DNA of 63,750 nt, the filler included, from Choristocarpus tenellus KU-1152 (lineage: Eukaryota > Protista > Phaeophyceae), in assembly GCA_964200185.2 (NCBI GenBank). It is 11 parts of 11 records of this genome, joined end to end, with 100 filler letters (N's around TTAATTAATTAA, not from the genome) between each part and the next. Parts side by side here need not be neighbours in the genome. Positions count along the whole stretch, not along the records: positions 5,866 to 12,040 come from CAXNAD020008758.1; positions 12,141 to 15,864 come from CAXNAD020018282.1; positions 15,965 to 25,375 come from CAXNAD020003697.1; 8 more parts are not named here. One strand, given 5' to 3'. Below are positions 11,950 through 24,300 of this stretch, piece by piece. A model generated the notes under the pieces. The model worked only from the letters and a program-made list of their open reading frames with translations, searched no databases and was not told the DNA's origin. Numbering within the stretch: position 1 is the first letter of the stretch; the number at the start of each line of letters is the position of its first letter. The position numbers and the translations under genes were made by a program.

Positions 11950-12040
11950 GGCTCAAAGTATCTGGGGGGGGGGGGGGTCTACACCAGGGGGTCCATTCGG
12001 ACCCTGACAAGGAGAAGTGAACTTAAATTATCCATATAAC
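11950..12040 (+). mobile_element. MITE family A left part, truncated by contig end
   Basis: GGCTCAAAGTATCTG(G)nTCTACACCAGGGGGTCCATTCGGACCCTGACAAGGAGAAGTGAACTTAAATTATCC matches 53901-53985. Confidence 0.85.
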
Positions 12041-12140
12041 NNNNNNNNNNNNNNNNNNNNNNNNNNNNNNNNNNNNNNNNNNNNTTAATTAATTAANNNN
12101 NNNNNNNNNNNNNNNNNNNNNNNNNNNNNNNNNNNNNNNN

Positions 12141-13356
12141 GATTAGGAAAAAGAGGGTTAGAGAAGACTCTGAAGACGAGGTGGACTGACCCGATGGTGA
12201 CGCTTTCACATGCCTAGAGGAACTTCCTGTGGAGGATGTGAGGGGGCGGCGAGGCAAGGACTCGGAGTCCACGCCTGTCCGGAGTGACACAGGGATGTCC
12301 CCGAACGTCCATTCGATGGGCAGCGGCGGCGATGAGGCAAAGGTGCCAGGGAACGTGTACAACCATGGTGTGCGGCCAAGTGAGAACCGTGACAGTTCCA
12401 CAACCCAGAGGGGCAAGCCTACCGAGGAGGGCGAAGTCCAGGGTTCTAGGACACTAATTACGAAAAAGAGGGCGGGGGAATGTGCTGGACAGACGAGAAC
12501 TTTCAAACAGTCTGTTGATCCTGATGGTAGCGCATTAGAACCTGGCTTCCTCGTCGACGTCTTCACTTCTGCCAAAATAGGCAGATGCACGGTATCCATG
12601 TTCACCCACATCGAGGGACGACGATGACGACCAAAGATCATCTCGTGGTGAGGAGGATTGCGTCACACAGGACGCAGCCGACTCCGGCGATGTATCTGAT
12701 GTGGGGATCACCGAAGCCTTCTTGGAGGCGTGCGTCACCAAGCTCCTACGATCTGCAACGAAACCTGCTTCTGCACAGTATCGAGTGCAGACGCAAATCC
12801 TAACCCAAGTATATATACTGCATTGTGGGCTAAGAGTTGTAGTGCTATAATAATTACCAAACATAAGTAGCGGTTACTCATTTCAACCTCGTTAATTCAG
12901 ATTTTAAATTTTGAATCTCGAGTTTCAATTGAGCGTCTTTATCAATCCATTTCTGAACCTTTGTCCATTCAAGGGCGTATATCTTAGGATCTCTGTTCTT
13001 ATGTCCTGTAGAATTCCAATAATTCCATATACGATCACGAGTTCAGGCTCGTCAAGGCCGGTAAAGGGGCCGCTTCTCTTATTTTCGGGGATGAATGCTA
13101 CATCCATGGGCCCACACAGGTTAAACTCGGCGATCATGGAGGGAAGCCAGGCAATACGTTGCATCCCGAGAATGTGGAAGCGCTCCAGGCGAAGAAGGCT
13201 ATCTTCTTGAGTCTCGTGAAGCCCGAGCCTTGGAGCGCCAGGTACTCCACGCGCCTAAATCTATGGCACCTTCTTGTCGAGGCATACCCTAAGCTCACAG
13301 AGTGGTGGGAGAAGGGTGACAAATGCAATTTCGAGTCTGCCCAGCAATTGAAATAG
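12141..13356 (+). pseudogene. Degenerate coding-like region of unknown origin
   Basis: GC-rich protein-like frames (IRKKRVREDSEDEVD*...; ...ITEAFLEACVTKLLRS...; HPENVEALQAKKAIFLSLVKPEPWSARYSTRLNLWHLLVEAYPKLTEWWEKG) broken by stops and frameshifts. No family recognised. Confidence 0.3.
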
Positions 13357-14131
13357 GGCTTCGGTCGTTCCGGTTTTCTGTTGAAGTACGGGTAGAGTTG
13401 CACGTTGTGCAGATTTCTGCATCAGTGCATCTTTCCATGGTGTCCCTCATGTTCATACTTTGCATTCCACAAGTTATGCATTTAGATAGTTGAACAAACG
13501 ATATGTAGCTACCGGTCAGAGCTGTCAGCGTATCATATATCATACTCACGTTGAGGATCAGACCTGTCTTATCATTTGTTTTAAAAAGCGTGTCTGCTAC
13601 AATGTTACAGCCCTAAAATATAATACATCGATCAAACAACTCTTCTCCATCTGCGCGGTTAACCTTTCCAAACGATTTGCCAAGGGCAGCAATGAATACC
13701 CTGTCCTTCTGTGAGCCATTATTTATTCCTTGTACACGATAATGCACCTCCCCCCATTCTTTTCAATACTCTATGCACCACCTCTTACTTTGCCCAACTG
13801 TCGACGAACTAGTTTCGTCACGTGTAGTCATTCGAATCGTAGGGGATCATACGCCTAACTAAGTCCACCCACGATGCCCCTATCCACAGCTACAGCCCAG
13901 GACCTGTGGAAGTGTACCTTGAACTACTTTCCTCGGAATGTACGACAATATTCATTGACCAATAACCACTCGTACACACGTCCATATTCCGTCTACACCT
14001 TTGGCCGTACCTCATACCAACAACTTCAACCCTAACACCCTCAGCGACAATAACGACGTCTTACACCATACAACATACAACACATGCACACAAACAAACG
14101 AAAGTGCTAGATTTAAACTGTGCATGACACA

Positions 14132-14389
14132 GAGCGAAGGTGTCTTAAAGGGCACGAGTTTTGCCCCGCTTGTCCCTTTAGTGCTTGACTTCTAACGCCT
14201 TTTTTATGACATTTACCTACTCTGAAACGTTTCTAACTAAGAACATGTATACGTTATGAAAAAGGTGCGTCCAGAATAACGATATTGACACTTACTAACA
14301 AACACGATAGCCAAATCTACACCAAAATCGCAATTTTGGTGTTTGATCCCCATTTCGACACCGCTCTACCCTCTAAGACACTTTAGCTC
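14132..14389 (+). mobile_element. Complete MITE family C (258 bp)
   Basis: Left TIR GAGCGAAGGTGTCTTAAAGGG and right TIR CCCTCTAAGACACTTTAGCTC. Flanks CACA/CGTA, possibly a decayed 4-bp TSD. Confidence 0.75.
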
Positions 14390-15794
14390 CGTATGTTTTG
14401 GTTCCTCGTGCACATGTCGCGAGAACAGACCCAAACCGACAATCCTCTATGTGCACGTTTCATAAACAACTGATGCAAGCAAATAAACGAACAGAGCAAC
14501 CCCGCAGCAGACAATATTATTTTTTTCTATTCCTCAAAAACAATGGGAAAACACACCCTAACCGACAACCCTCTTTGGGTGCTAACCAAATCCCAGTCAT
14601 GCAACAGGAAAAAAAAACAGCCCTGGAACAGCCTAACAAGTACATCTCTTGTTCTTCATCGTAACTGCGCGAACAACACATATAAACCAATAAACCTATT
14701 TGAGAAGACTCGACATCCGACACATGCAAACGTCCAAACTCCTCCCCTAATCAAAACCCGATTATTAAATGGTGTCATATATCCCCGTTGTCCTTGCGTA
14801 CGCAAGCACAGAAATGAACCTAACCAACAGTCTTCTTCTTTTTGCTGACATTTCAAGTCCGACACGTGCGACCAAATCACACCAAAAAGAGAAAATCGAA
14901 AAAGAGTGAAAAACGGACGCTGGCACCCCCCCCTTAATATACTTTGGCCCATAGAAGTATAGCGTCAGTTGATATTCAGTTGATCCACATCACACACAGG
15001 AACATCATAGCACACGTCATTCAAGTTACTTCGGAACTTGCATCAAGTGCATTCCACTGTTACCTTGTGTTCTGTTTTTCTATTTGTTGTTGTCTGTCAT
15101 CTCTGTTCTTTTTTTATATGTATAAGACCCCAGATGCACGTTAATTTTGTGGTTATTATTTTTTCATTGGTTGTCACTGTCCCCTCCCTGAGCACCTCAA
15201 GCTCACTCTGCAATAGTGCCCCTGACGCACACTTGGATGTTATACATACAGAGTCAAAACCATCTACGGAAACCCTTGCCAGCCAAGGTAACAAGCCTCT
15301 CCACAGAGCATGGACTCCTTTCGTTGAGTATATCATGAAATAACACTGAATTCACATCACATCATTCTTCACTGAGAGATCAATGACTTCAGTTGCAACA
15401 GAACAAACACATCAGTGCTTTGCTTCGCAACCACATCTACTCATACCACAGAATACGCATCCTACTCATTGGTGCTTTGCAACACCATGATTCCTCTTCA
15501 CTCGTAGTCTACGTATTTTGCTTACATATACAATGCATTCGATTCAGGCTTCCGCATTATCACCCATCCAGGACACACGGATGACGCCCATTTCCGGCGC
15601 TCAATGAGAAAATATGATAGTAAAGGCTCGAACAATGCGAATTCTGTACTTGTGTATGAATGACGGGAAAGACCCTCAAATGGCACTCGAGATGGCAGCA
15701 GGAGATGCGATGGTCAGGTGGGAAACTGTGAATAAATGTGAGAGAGACTTCCTAACTAAGGACCACATTATATATCAGAAGTCTTGATGCAGAA

Positions 15795-15864
15795 GTCTCA
15801 AAGTATCTGGGAGGGGGAGGCGGCCGTCCATTTGGGGTCAATTTTTTCATATCGCGATTTTTGG
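15795..15864 (-). mobile_element. MITE family A terminal fragment at contig end
   Basis: GTCTCAAAGTATCTGGGAGGGGGAGGCGGCCGTCCATTTGGGGTCAATTTTTTCAT is the reverse complement of 1-56 with few changes. Confidence 0.85.
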
Positions 15865-16031
15865 NNNNNNNNNNNNNNNNNNNNNNNNNNNNNNNNNNNN
15901 NNNNNNNNTTAATTAATTAANNNNNNNNNNNNNNNNNNNNNNNNNNNNNNNNNNNNNNNNNNNNAAGACAGTTTTCGCAAAACAACGATACTCATAGTCC
16001 CGCTCCTGCCTCAATTTTGAAAATCCTCTGT

Positions 16032-16080
16032 TTTAGGTTTAGGGTTAGGTTTAGGTTTAGGTTTAGGTTTAGGTTTAAGT
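16032..16080 (+). repeat. Telomere-like (TTTAGG/TTAGGG)n tract
   Basis: TTTTAGGTTTAGGGTTAGGTTTAGGTTTAGGTTTAGGTTTAGG. Confidence 0.8.
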
Positions 16081-16749
16081 TTATGTATATATTTTATATG
16101 TGTGCGAGTTTCCTTCAACAAGTTGGTTTAGAAATGACCTGAACTCGTTTTGGATTGGGTTCTGAGTACCCATCCAATAATGTTTGGGTTCATTTCCACT
16201 GAGCGATCTCGACAGTCGATGTTCGTTACCAGTCTGGCACTATATCCCCCTTTGTACTGGTTGTTCCCAGTGTGACAAGGTCACTGATGACTTGAGCTTT
16301 AAGGCAATCTTCCCAACGAAAACTACTTTTGTAACCTTCATCCTGTCACTCGAACTGCTCAACCCGAGGTTTTCTATGGCCTATGTGCGTGCATGGGGTT
16401 AAGGACTTCCCTTCGTCGGACCTTCTGACACGCGGAAAACGTCCGTGGTCTGACTACAAGGTCCAAGGGACCGAGGTGGGAGTGTATCCTGAGCCCTATT
16501 TGTGATTCTATGTTCGTATATGTACCTCACCCTAATGCGTGGCAAAGATGCTCATTCTTTCTTTCCTGGGTAACAATATCATCTTGTGTCCTTGGTCCTG
16601 CCCCTTCCGGTTCCAATAGTATTTTGCGTTTTGTCAACAGAATCACACCTGCCTCAAGAATTACACTCACTCAGACGTACTTGTTGGGACAATACGGTCG
16701 ACCGATAACCCTGTGAAGTACTCCTGCGTCTCGCTTGCATTAACCATAA

Positions 16750-17470
16750 TGGACTACTGCCAACTTCCTATGGTCAGGATGGGGTACTGCAGGAGGAGAT
16801 TATTTTTGTGGGTAATAGGGGGGGGGTGCAATTGGGAGAAGAGGAGAACTCCACCAGTTAGTACTCAATGTGCTCCAGGGGCCCTTAGTGGAAAGGAAAG
16901 GCGGGAGGTTCGTATCTGGGTAAACTGCGGAGAACATCTGCCGCTACACAGGGTGATGGTGGTGTGTACCTGGGGGACAAGAGGAGGAGAGCTCCACAAG
17001 CTAGCAGTTCTGGTGCTCAAGCTGCACCATAATAAAACCAACAGGGGGGGGGCTGACGGGGGAAGGAGTATGCCTGTCTATGCCTGTCTATGCAAAATTT
17101 GATTATCCAGCTAAACGTACACATGTGCCGGTGAGGTCTGAGGGTCACTTTGACCTTCAAAGTGACCAACAAGGAGTTGGACCTTCAAAATGAAGATCCC
17201 AAAGGTCAGGGCCCTGCCAGACAAAATAAGAACATGAATAATTTGGGCAAACCATCCCCTCAATAGTGTTCAACAAAACGTTGTTGGACTTCAGGTAGAA
17301 CTTGGGGTCAGGATTAGGAGGGAGGCAAATAACATTTTGGGCCAACCATCCTCTCAATTATATTTTTCAGGAAAGTATTAGATTACAAGTAGAAGGAAAG
17401 GGGGGTGGGGGTCTGATGACAGTAACAAGTATCCACCACTTTGCCTCTAGAGATAGTTACTAGTATCTTG
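16750..17470. repeat. Dispersed repeat, copy 1 (copy 2 at ~18410-18905; fragment at ~26450-26525)
   Basis: Shared colinear blocks CTACTGC...CTATG.TCAGGAT.GGGTACTGCAGG, CTTTGACCTTC.AAGTG.CCAACAAGGA and GTGGGGGT...ATCCAC..CT. Confidence 0.7.
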
Positions 17471-18409
17471 ATAAATAATGTCAGGTCTCACAGTATATAT
17501 TGTGAATGTTACATGTTAAAAATGAGTTGTTTGGGTACAGTCAGGTTCTCCCCTCAAATTTTTTGTTAACTAGAGCAAAGCTTTCATTCAAATTTTGCAA
17601 GGACCTCCTTTATGGGGTGAGATAGAGGTCCATTTTCGTTTCATGCGAGCTTGTTAGACACCTGATTATGGGGACTTTCAAATGAAATTGTTGTCACTGA
17701 CTGACTGGCTGACTGGATATTTAGTTCTGTTGTCAGACCCTACACCACACGACAGCGAGCTGTGCATTGAAGATACTTGCTTTTCCTTGCACCCAGTGCC
17801 ACGCACAGGGCAGGCTGGCATCCCTCATGGACATTTGGCTTGATTTGCACTCAGTACCCTTGGTGACAGATGTTTGCTATCAGTCTGGCGCTCCTGGCCC
17901 CTCTGTTTGCACTCATTATTCTCAGGGCGATAAGAGGAAAAGTGGAATATGTAACCTTTTGTCCCAAAAAAACTATTTTTGCAACCCACTTCCGGCCACT
18001 GAAATGGATGACCTCACGTAAGGATATTGTTCAAGATCAATGTGGGAGTATGAGGGTAAGGACTTCCCTTCATGCTACTTTTGGCGTGTGCGAAATGGAG
18101 ATGGGAACTGCAGGATGCACACTCTAATCAACGAAACCGGAGGGACCAAGGTGGGAGTGTGGTTTGTGATCCATTTGTGTTGCTGTGTTCATGTCTGTTC
18201 CTTAGACAAACATGTGGTGAAGTTACTCTTGGTTTCTCTACTGGGTATTTCTTCCAACCTCTAGTGTGCTTGATCCCTAGTCCCCATGTAGCATTCATTT
18301 CTTTCATGGCTTGTCAACAGAATTACTCAAACGAAGATTAAGATGTTGCCACAGTGCTGTTGAGTGATTATCCTATTACTTCCGTGTCTCACTTGCAACA
18401 ACCACAATG

Positions 18410-18905
18410 GGCTACTGCTTGCCTTCTATGATCAGGATAGGGTACTGCAGGGTCCAATGCTGTGCATGGGTAACAAGGAGGGACTGCACTGGGGAGGAGT
18501 AGAGGAGGGGAAGCTCTAAAGCTCTGCCACTTGGTAGTCACTGCTCCAGAAGCACAAGGAAGGAATGAACAGTAGGGTGTGTGTGCATGGGTAAACCTGT
18601 GGGGTCTGCGTTGGAAGAGAATTTGAAGAACTTCTGCAACTAAGCTGTCACTATGCTTGAGCAGAAACAGGGGGGGGGGAAGCTTAACTTTGACCTTCGA
18701 AGTGCCCAACAAGGAATTCTTAACCGATTTTGAAGGTATCACGGGCCTAGGCCCTGCTAGAAAAAACAAAAAGGTATCTAATTCAACCATCCCCTCTGTT
18801 ATCATTTTAACAGAATATTATCAGTAGAGGGGAGTGGGGGGTGTGTGTGCCAATAGTTACAAAATATCCACTGCTTGGTGTCTAGTGATAGGTACTACAT
18901 TTATT
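18410..18905. repeat. Dispersed repeat, copy 2 of 16750-17470
   Basis: Same three blocks in the same order and orientation. Confidence 0.7.
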
Positions 18906-21311
18906 ACCTGTTTTGTGGAAGAATCTTCTATTCTGTCTGGTCTCAAGACAAGCTACTCTCTAGATATAGTACTAAGTATATTTTTGAAGGTATTTTCCTT
19001 GTGGTACCCCTGTTGAACAGAGGTACGACTAGGTGCGCATCGACTCCCACATCGCTCTGATGTTGTACCCCTTCAAAATACTTTCTAATTGTATGTCATT
19101 GTGATCTGTGTAATGTTTAATGGAGGTGGTACAAATTTCTCTCTAACTCCTCTTTCATGCATTATAACATTACCAAGATTAATAGTGAGGAATGACAATG
19201 CACACGTGTCAAATAATATTACGATGGATGAATATGCAATGATCATCATAATAGTTTCCCATAGTTTGTCCTTGATGCTATTACAACGATTACTTCCAGT
19301 CGGGTATGATACTCATAGGAATGTTTAGCATATTTCCACTGTAACATCACCAAAAATTTATCCAAATTTAAATGATCGTGATAACAAGTCATACCAACAT
19401 GCAAAAACACAAGGAAAAGGGACAATAGAAGAAAGAGACCAGGATAAGGATGTTGAAATGAATGGCAGCATAGTGGTGGTCAGTACTACTACTACTACTG
19501 TGACCTTCCCTCACACACAATTGCAAGAAAATAACAAAAAACAGTATTGTTTTTGTTTTGCTATGCATATGAGGACACATGACAATCACCTAAACATAAG
19601 TGTATGTGTTGGTTCTTGGATGTGCAACATCATTGCAACTGATTCTTTGCATGAAGAAGTGCCCTTTCACAGTTCAATCCTCCCCGAACCCAAGAAGCAT
19701 TTATTTATCTTGTAAAAATGTCAACTTGAAAAATAGTCATATATTCTAAACAGCTACTGCTGCTTGTGACAAGGCTGACTTCACTCTGTGCTACAACTAG
19801 TACTGGCATAATGTAGTTCTTCATTGTGACCATCTTCAACATCAGATTTTTGAAAATTGGAAATCCTCAACCACTTGAAATGATTTTTTGCATTGGATAG
19901 CATATTCAAGGAATATTTGAAGTCAGATTGCTGTGCAGAGTCAGTCCTGTTGGAGGATGTGACACCATGCAGGGGATGTGCATGTGTGTGCCACACACAT
20001 ACAGAAAGTAGAAGTATGACTATATCTTGAACTTAATTATCTTTAGAAAAGGCGGTCATTAAAATTCTGTATGGTACAGGATTGGGTTCAAAGGCATAAC
20101 ATCTGGCTATCCCACGAAACTTTGAAACTGCTCCCATTGGTTCATCTCTCTGAAGATTAACCTTACGAATAATCAGGCAGCAAGAAACACACAATCAACA
20201 TGTCGACAAATAAATAAGTACATACACAAGTCCCATGTTACATCCTCTCATCCGCTCCTCCCCTACACACCCACACACAATCAAAATAGCGGATTTGGAG
20301 AGGGTAAGTAATACTCAGTGTGTCGCAGGGAGCCATCATGCCCCCCCACAACCCAAATCAAAGAAAGAAGCAGTGTTGGATCATATATTTTACTCAAGCA
20401 AAAACACGGGTCACCCCCACCTCCCCACCCCACACACCCCCACAAATACAGGACAAGGAGGATATTTACCATTCTCTTACACGGTGATACGTGTATCAAT
20501 AATTTACAAGCAGCCACCTCTGGCATGAAAAAAACACTGGGGGTTCACAACCAACAGAAGACTTGGGCATACAATTAGGTTTGTTTCTACCTCATTCCAC
20601 TCAAGAATAATTCACTGAACAAACTAGAGCACAAGCACAGGTGGAGGTCCCTCGTCCTTTCCCCCAAACACGTAAGACCAGAGGAAAGGCAGACAGATGC
20701 ACACCCTCAGTCTCTGTTATCTCTCTCTCTCTCTCTAACCAACTTTAAAATGTGGAGCAAACAAGTAACAGGCTTCAAGGGTGCACCCTTGAACACAAAA
20801 AACACAGATATCACCAATCAGGTACTGTACTCACGCTTGAAAAAGGGCAAACAGATAAGCACCAACATCCACCAGCCAAAAAATTCTAAACCTTCTCTCC
20901 CCATCCACAAGATAATCGCATTTCACCACAGTGACCCCCTCTGTGATGGTGGAAGATTGAATAAAGGTAAAGTCAACATGGCACAAAGGCCATGCCCCTA
21001 AAGCAATGCACATGCATCCACCAAAAAGCACTCAATAGAATACTGTCATAAAGTTGCACATCTCATACTTGACTGATGAAGCAGACAATGAGCTGGGGCA
21101 AGGAGGAGAGTGAGGTAAAAGTAAAATCATCAGCCCTCACTCATTTCTCAGTCCTAGCACCATTCCAGCCTATGCCCAACCTCTACCAGATTCCCAACTC
21201 AATGATCAACCCCACCCACATGCATCACACTAAACACTAGTACAGACATAATCTACCTCTCCTCACTCAGTTGCACACATGTAGCTAGTACAAACACATA
21301 CAGTGGTTAGT

Positions 21312-24300
21312 TCACTCCACAGCAGCCCCCCGTCTTTCCAACGAGGCAGAAAAGAAGCCCGGCGCATCATCTGTGGATCCGGCTGGTGTTAGTGTCTCAG
21401 TGTTGAAGGTACTTGAGGACGTCATGGATGCCTGTGAAATGTGCTTCAATGGCGGGAGTTTCTCAACCGATTGGGTGTGCAGATGCTGTTGGAGGGGCCA
21501 GTGCCGCCTAGAGCCCGGAGCCATCCCTGCAAATCCTGTTCTTCCCCCCGAACCCCCTTGGAACACATCCCCGGACACACCTGTCCCTGAACCCCACCTT
21601 GGGGTCGTGAAACCACTGAGGGCTCCTCCATAGGTTCCGCCACCACCAAAGCTGCTACTGCTTCCAATTGAATGGTTGGCTCCCCCCCCACTAAAGGCGC
21701 TGCTTTCCCCACCTACACCGCTACCAAGTCCATTGACTCCGCCACCATAACTGCATTCACCTTCACCTCCCTCCCCCCCACTTGCCCCATTTCCAGTGCC
21801 AACAATATCCATACCAGCCAAATCCATCTCACCTTCACCTTGCTCCCCACCAGATAAGCTGCCAATGCTACCTTCTAAATCCCTCTTTACAAATGGATGC
21901 CGCTTGAGCAAACTTCTATCGAACGGCCTCTGCTCAAAGAGTGACGCCGTAAAAGAAGGGCGCCCCTCGCTGCGTGAACCAGGCGATTGATCGTGCTGGT
22001 GAGGTGGCGGCAGAATGATGTCACTGCTCCGTCGCTCCAAAACCCCTCGCAGCCGAGGAGAGCGTGGTGTCTGGAGGAAAAACTTGAGTCTTTCTAAGGT
22101 AGGGGGTCCAGGGTCCACAATACTCAAGTCCTCCAGCGTGTTAGCCCCTGCACTCGCCAGCTGTCGACGGCCTCTGAAACGACTCCGGCTTGGGCTTGGC
22201 CCAACGCTGGTAGAACTGCTTAGAGCACTACCGGGGCTGAACATGCCACTCAGTCCACCCCCAGGGCTTGGCCCAACAAAACTGCTACCAGGACTCAGAC
22301 CTGAAGTTCCGAACCCATTCGGACTACGACCGGATCCCCCACTCCTAGGCACAGAGTGAAAGCCATCATGACTCCCACGGCGCTCACGCACTCCTGATGT
22401 AGCCCCCATATTGGAAGGTGAGGGCGATCTTGGAGGACGTGTGGATGACCCACCCCCCCACAAAGGGCCACGGGAAGACCCTGCAGAGTGAGACAGCATT
22501 TGTGTACGTGGTGCACCATGAGGTGGGGGCAGGGCTGCTGATCCTGAACCGGAATATCCACCACCTGACGGTGGTGTAGGAATACCCCCCAGACCAGCAG
22601 CAGTAGCAGATAGAGATGGCAGCACCTGGTTGTCACTACGCTCTGGAAATCCACCTGGTGATGGAGGTGCAGCTTGCAGGCTAGCCATGCTACCTGTAAG
22701 ACCTGCCATGCCAGGCTCAGGTGAGAGGGAGTAGGTATTTCGGTGCGGGGAGCAGTGGCGCTTTACTGCAGGATGAGGGAGGGGTGGAGACTGCTTGTTC
22801 CATTGCAGTGGGCTCTCTGTAGATGCAGGGGTGCTCAGGACTGAGCCTATTGCTGGTGAAGGAGTTGCTAGCACAGGGGGCGGTGCTGGTCTGCGGGGCT
22901 CAACAGGCCACAGCCATGGCTTTGGAGATGGTGCAGGAGGTGGGGCAGGGGGTGGTGGGCTGTTGGGTTGACTTACAGAGCTACCAGGAGCAGCCATACC
23001 AGAGGTAGTCACCGGCTCCCAACGAGGTGGATAATCTGCCGCACCATGTTCTTCCCCTCGCCACGAACCTCCTCCAGAGTAAGGAGCCTGCTGCTGTGAT
23101 TGTTGTGCCGAGACCCCAGCTCTTTCGTGCCCAGCTAGCATAAGAAGGGTATATCCTGCCTTTCCTTCCCCCCGGTGCAGGGAGCAATAACGAGCATGAG
23201 AGGCATCCACAGGGCTGCTAGGTTGGCGTTTGCACCCTGGGAAGTCGCAACGCCTTGAAACCACATCCACCATGCCCTGTTAGTGAGTAGGGACAAAAAA
23301 GGGTATTCCAGGGTGCGAAAAGCGGAGCAAGGGAAAGGAGGGGGGGAGGAAACGGAAATTAGCACAGAGGAAATCAAATGTACTTAAGAGGTGAACAAGT
23401 CAAATCGCTATCTCACCAAGAGTTGTTCCAGGCGATACCATATCCCCCTTCCCCCTGCTGCTCATGCAGTGACTGCAATGATACTGCAAAAGGGAAAAGA
23501 ATAAAAATCATAGCTCATCTCAACTTCCATAGCGCCAACCAAACTATCCTTCAATACATTAACGAGAATTAATTAATTGTTGCTTTTGATTCTTTCACCA
23601 CCACTTCAAGCATAAAAAAAAAATCTGTACAAGAACAATTATTGAAAAACCCCACAAATAAAAAGATAATTTACGCTCAATAGGTTACTACTTGATACGA
23701 AACTTACATGGACTTTGAATGGAGGTGTCACCTCACCACAGTAGACACCATTGGAACTTCAATAACTCAACCATGAAGGGAAATGATTGCGCAAACATAG
23801 CCGTACCATTTCTTTGGGAAACAGGGAAAAAAAACACAGCTGACAAAAATCAGAATTCTGCTTACTGCATATCTGAATCATGTATTTTCAGCCGCCTGCT
23901 TCCTTCTGAAGCTTACTGCAATAGTGCAACTACGGGAGCTCAATTTCAAAGCAAACAAAAATCAATCAAGGCACATCGAGCCATTTCAAAGAGATGAATC
24001 AGTAGTGGCGATGAATCTGCACCCACCCAACAATAAATCTATCGACTTTTAACAGTTTGTCTACTCTACAAAAATTGTGTAGGGAATACAAAAAATTCAA
24101 TGACACAATTTGCACACATAACAATCATTAATCCTAAGCTGGGGGAAAACGGTACCCAACTTTTAATTTTTTTTTCGAAAATTGCAGCTATTTATTCAGA
24201 AAAAGCTGAGCAAGAGGAAATGGCAGGAGATCACAGAAAACAATTAAGGTTGCCCAAGTAACGATTTCCGGAACTGGCAACGCAATCTCGCTCTCTGGTG

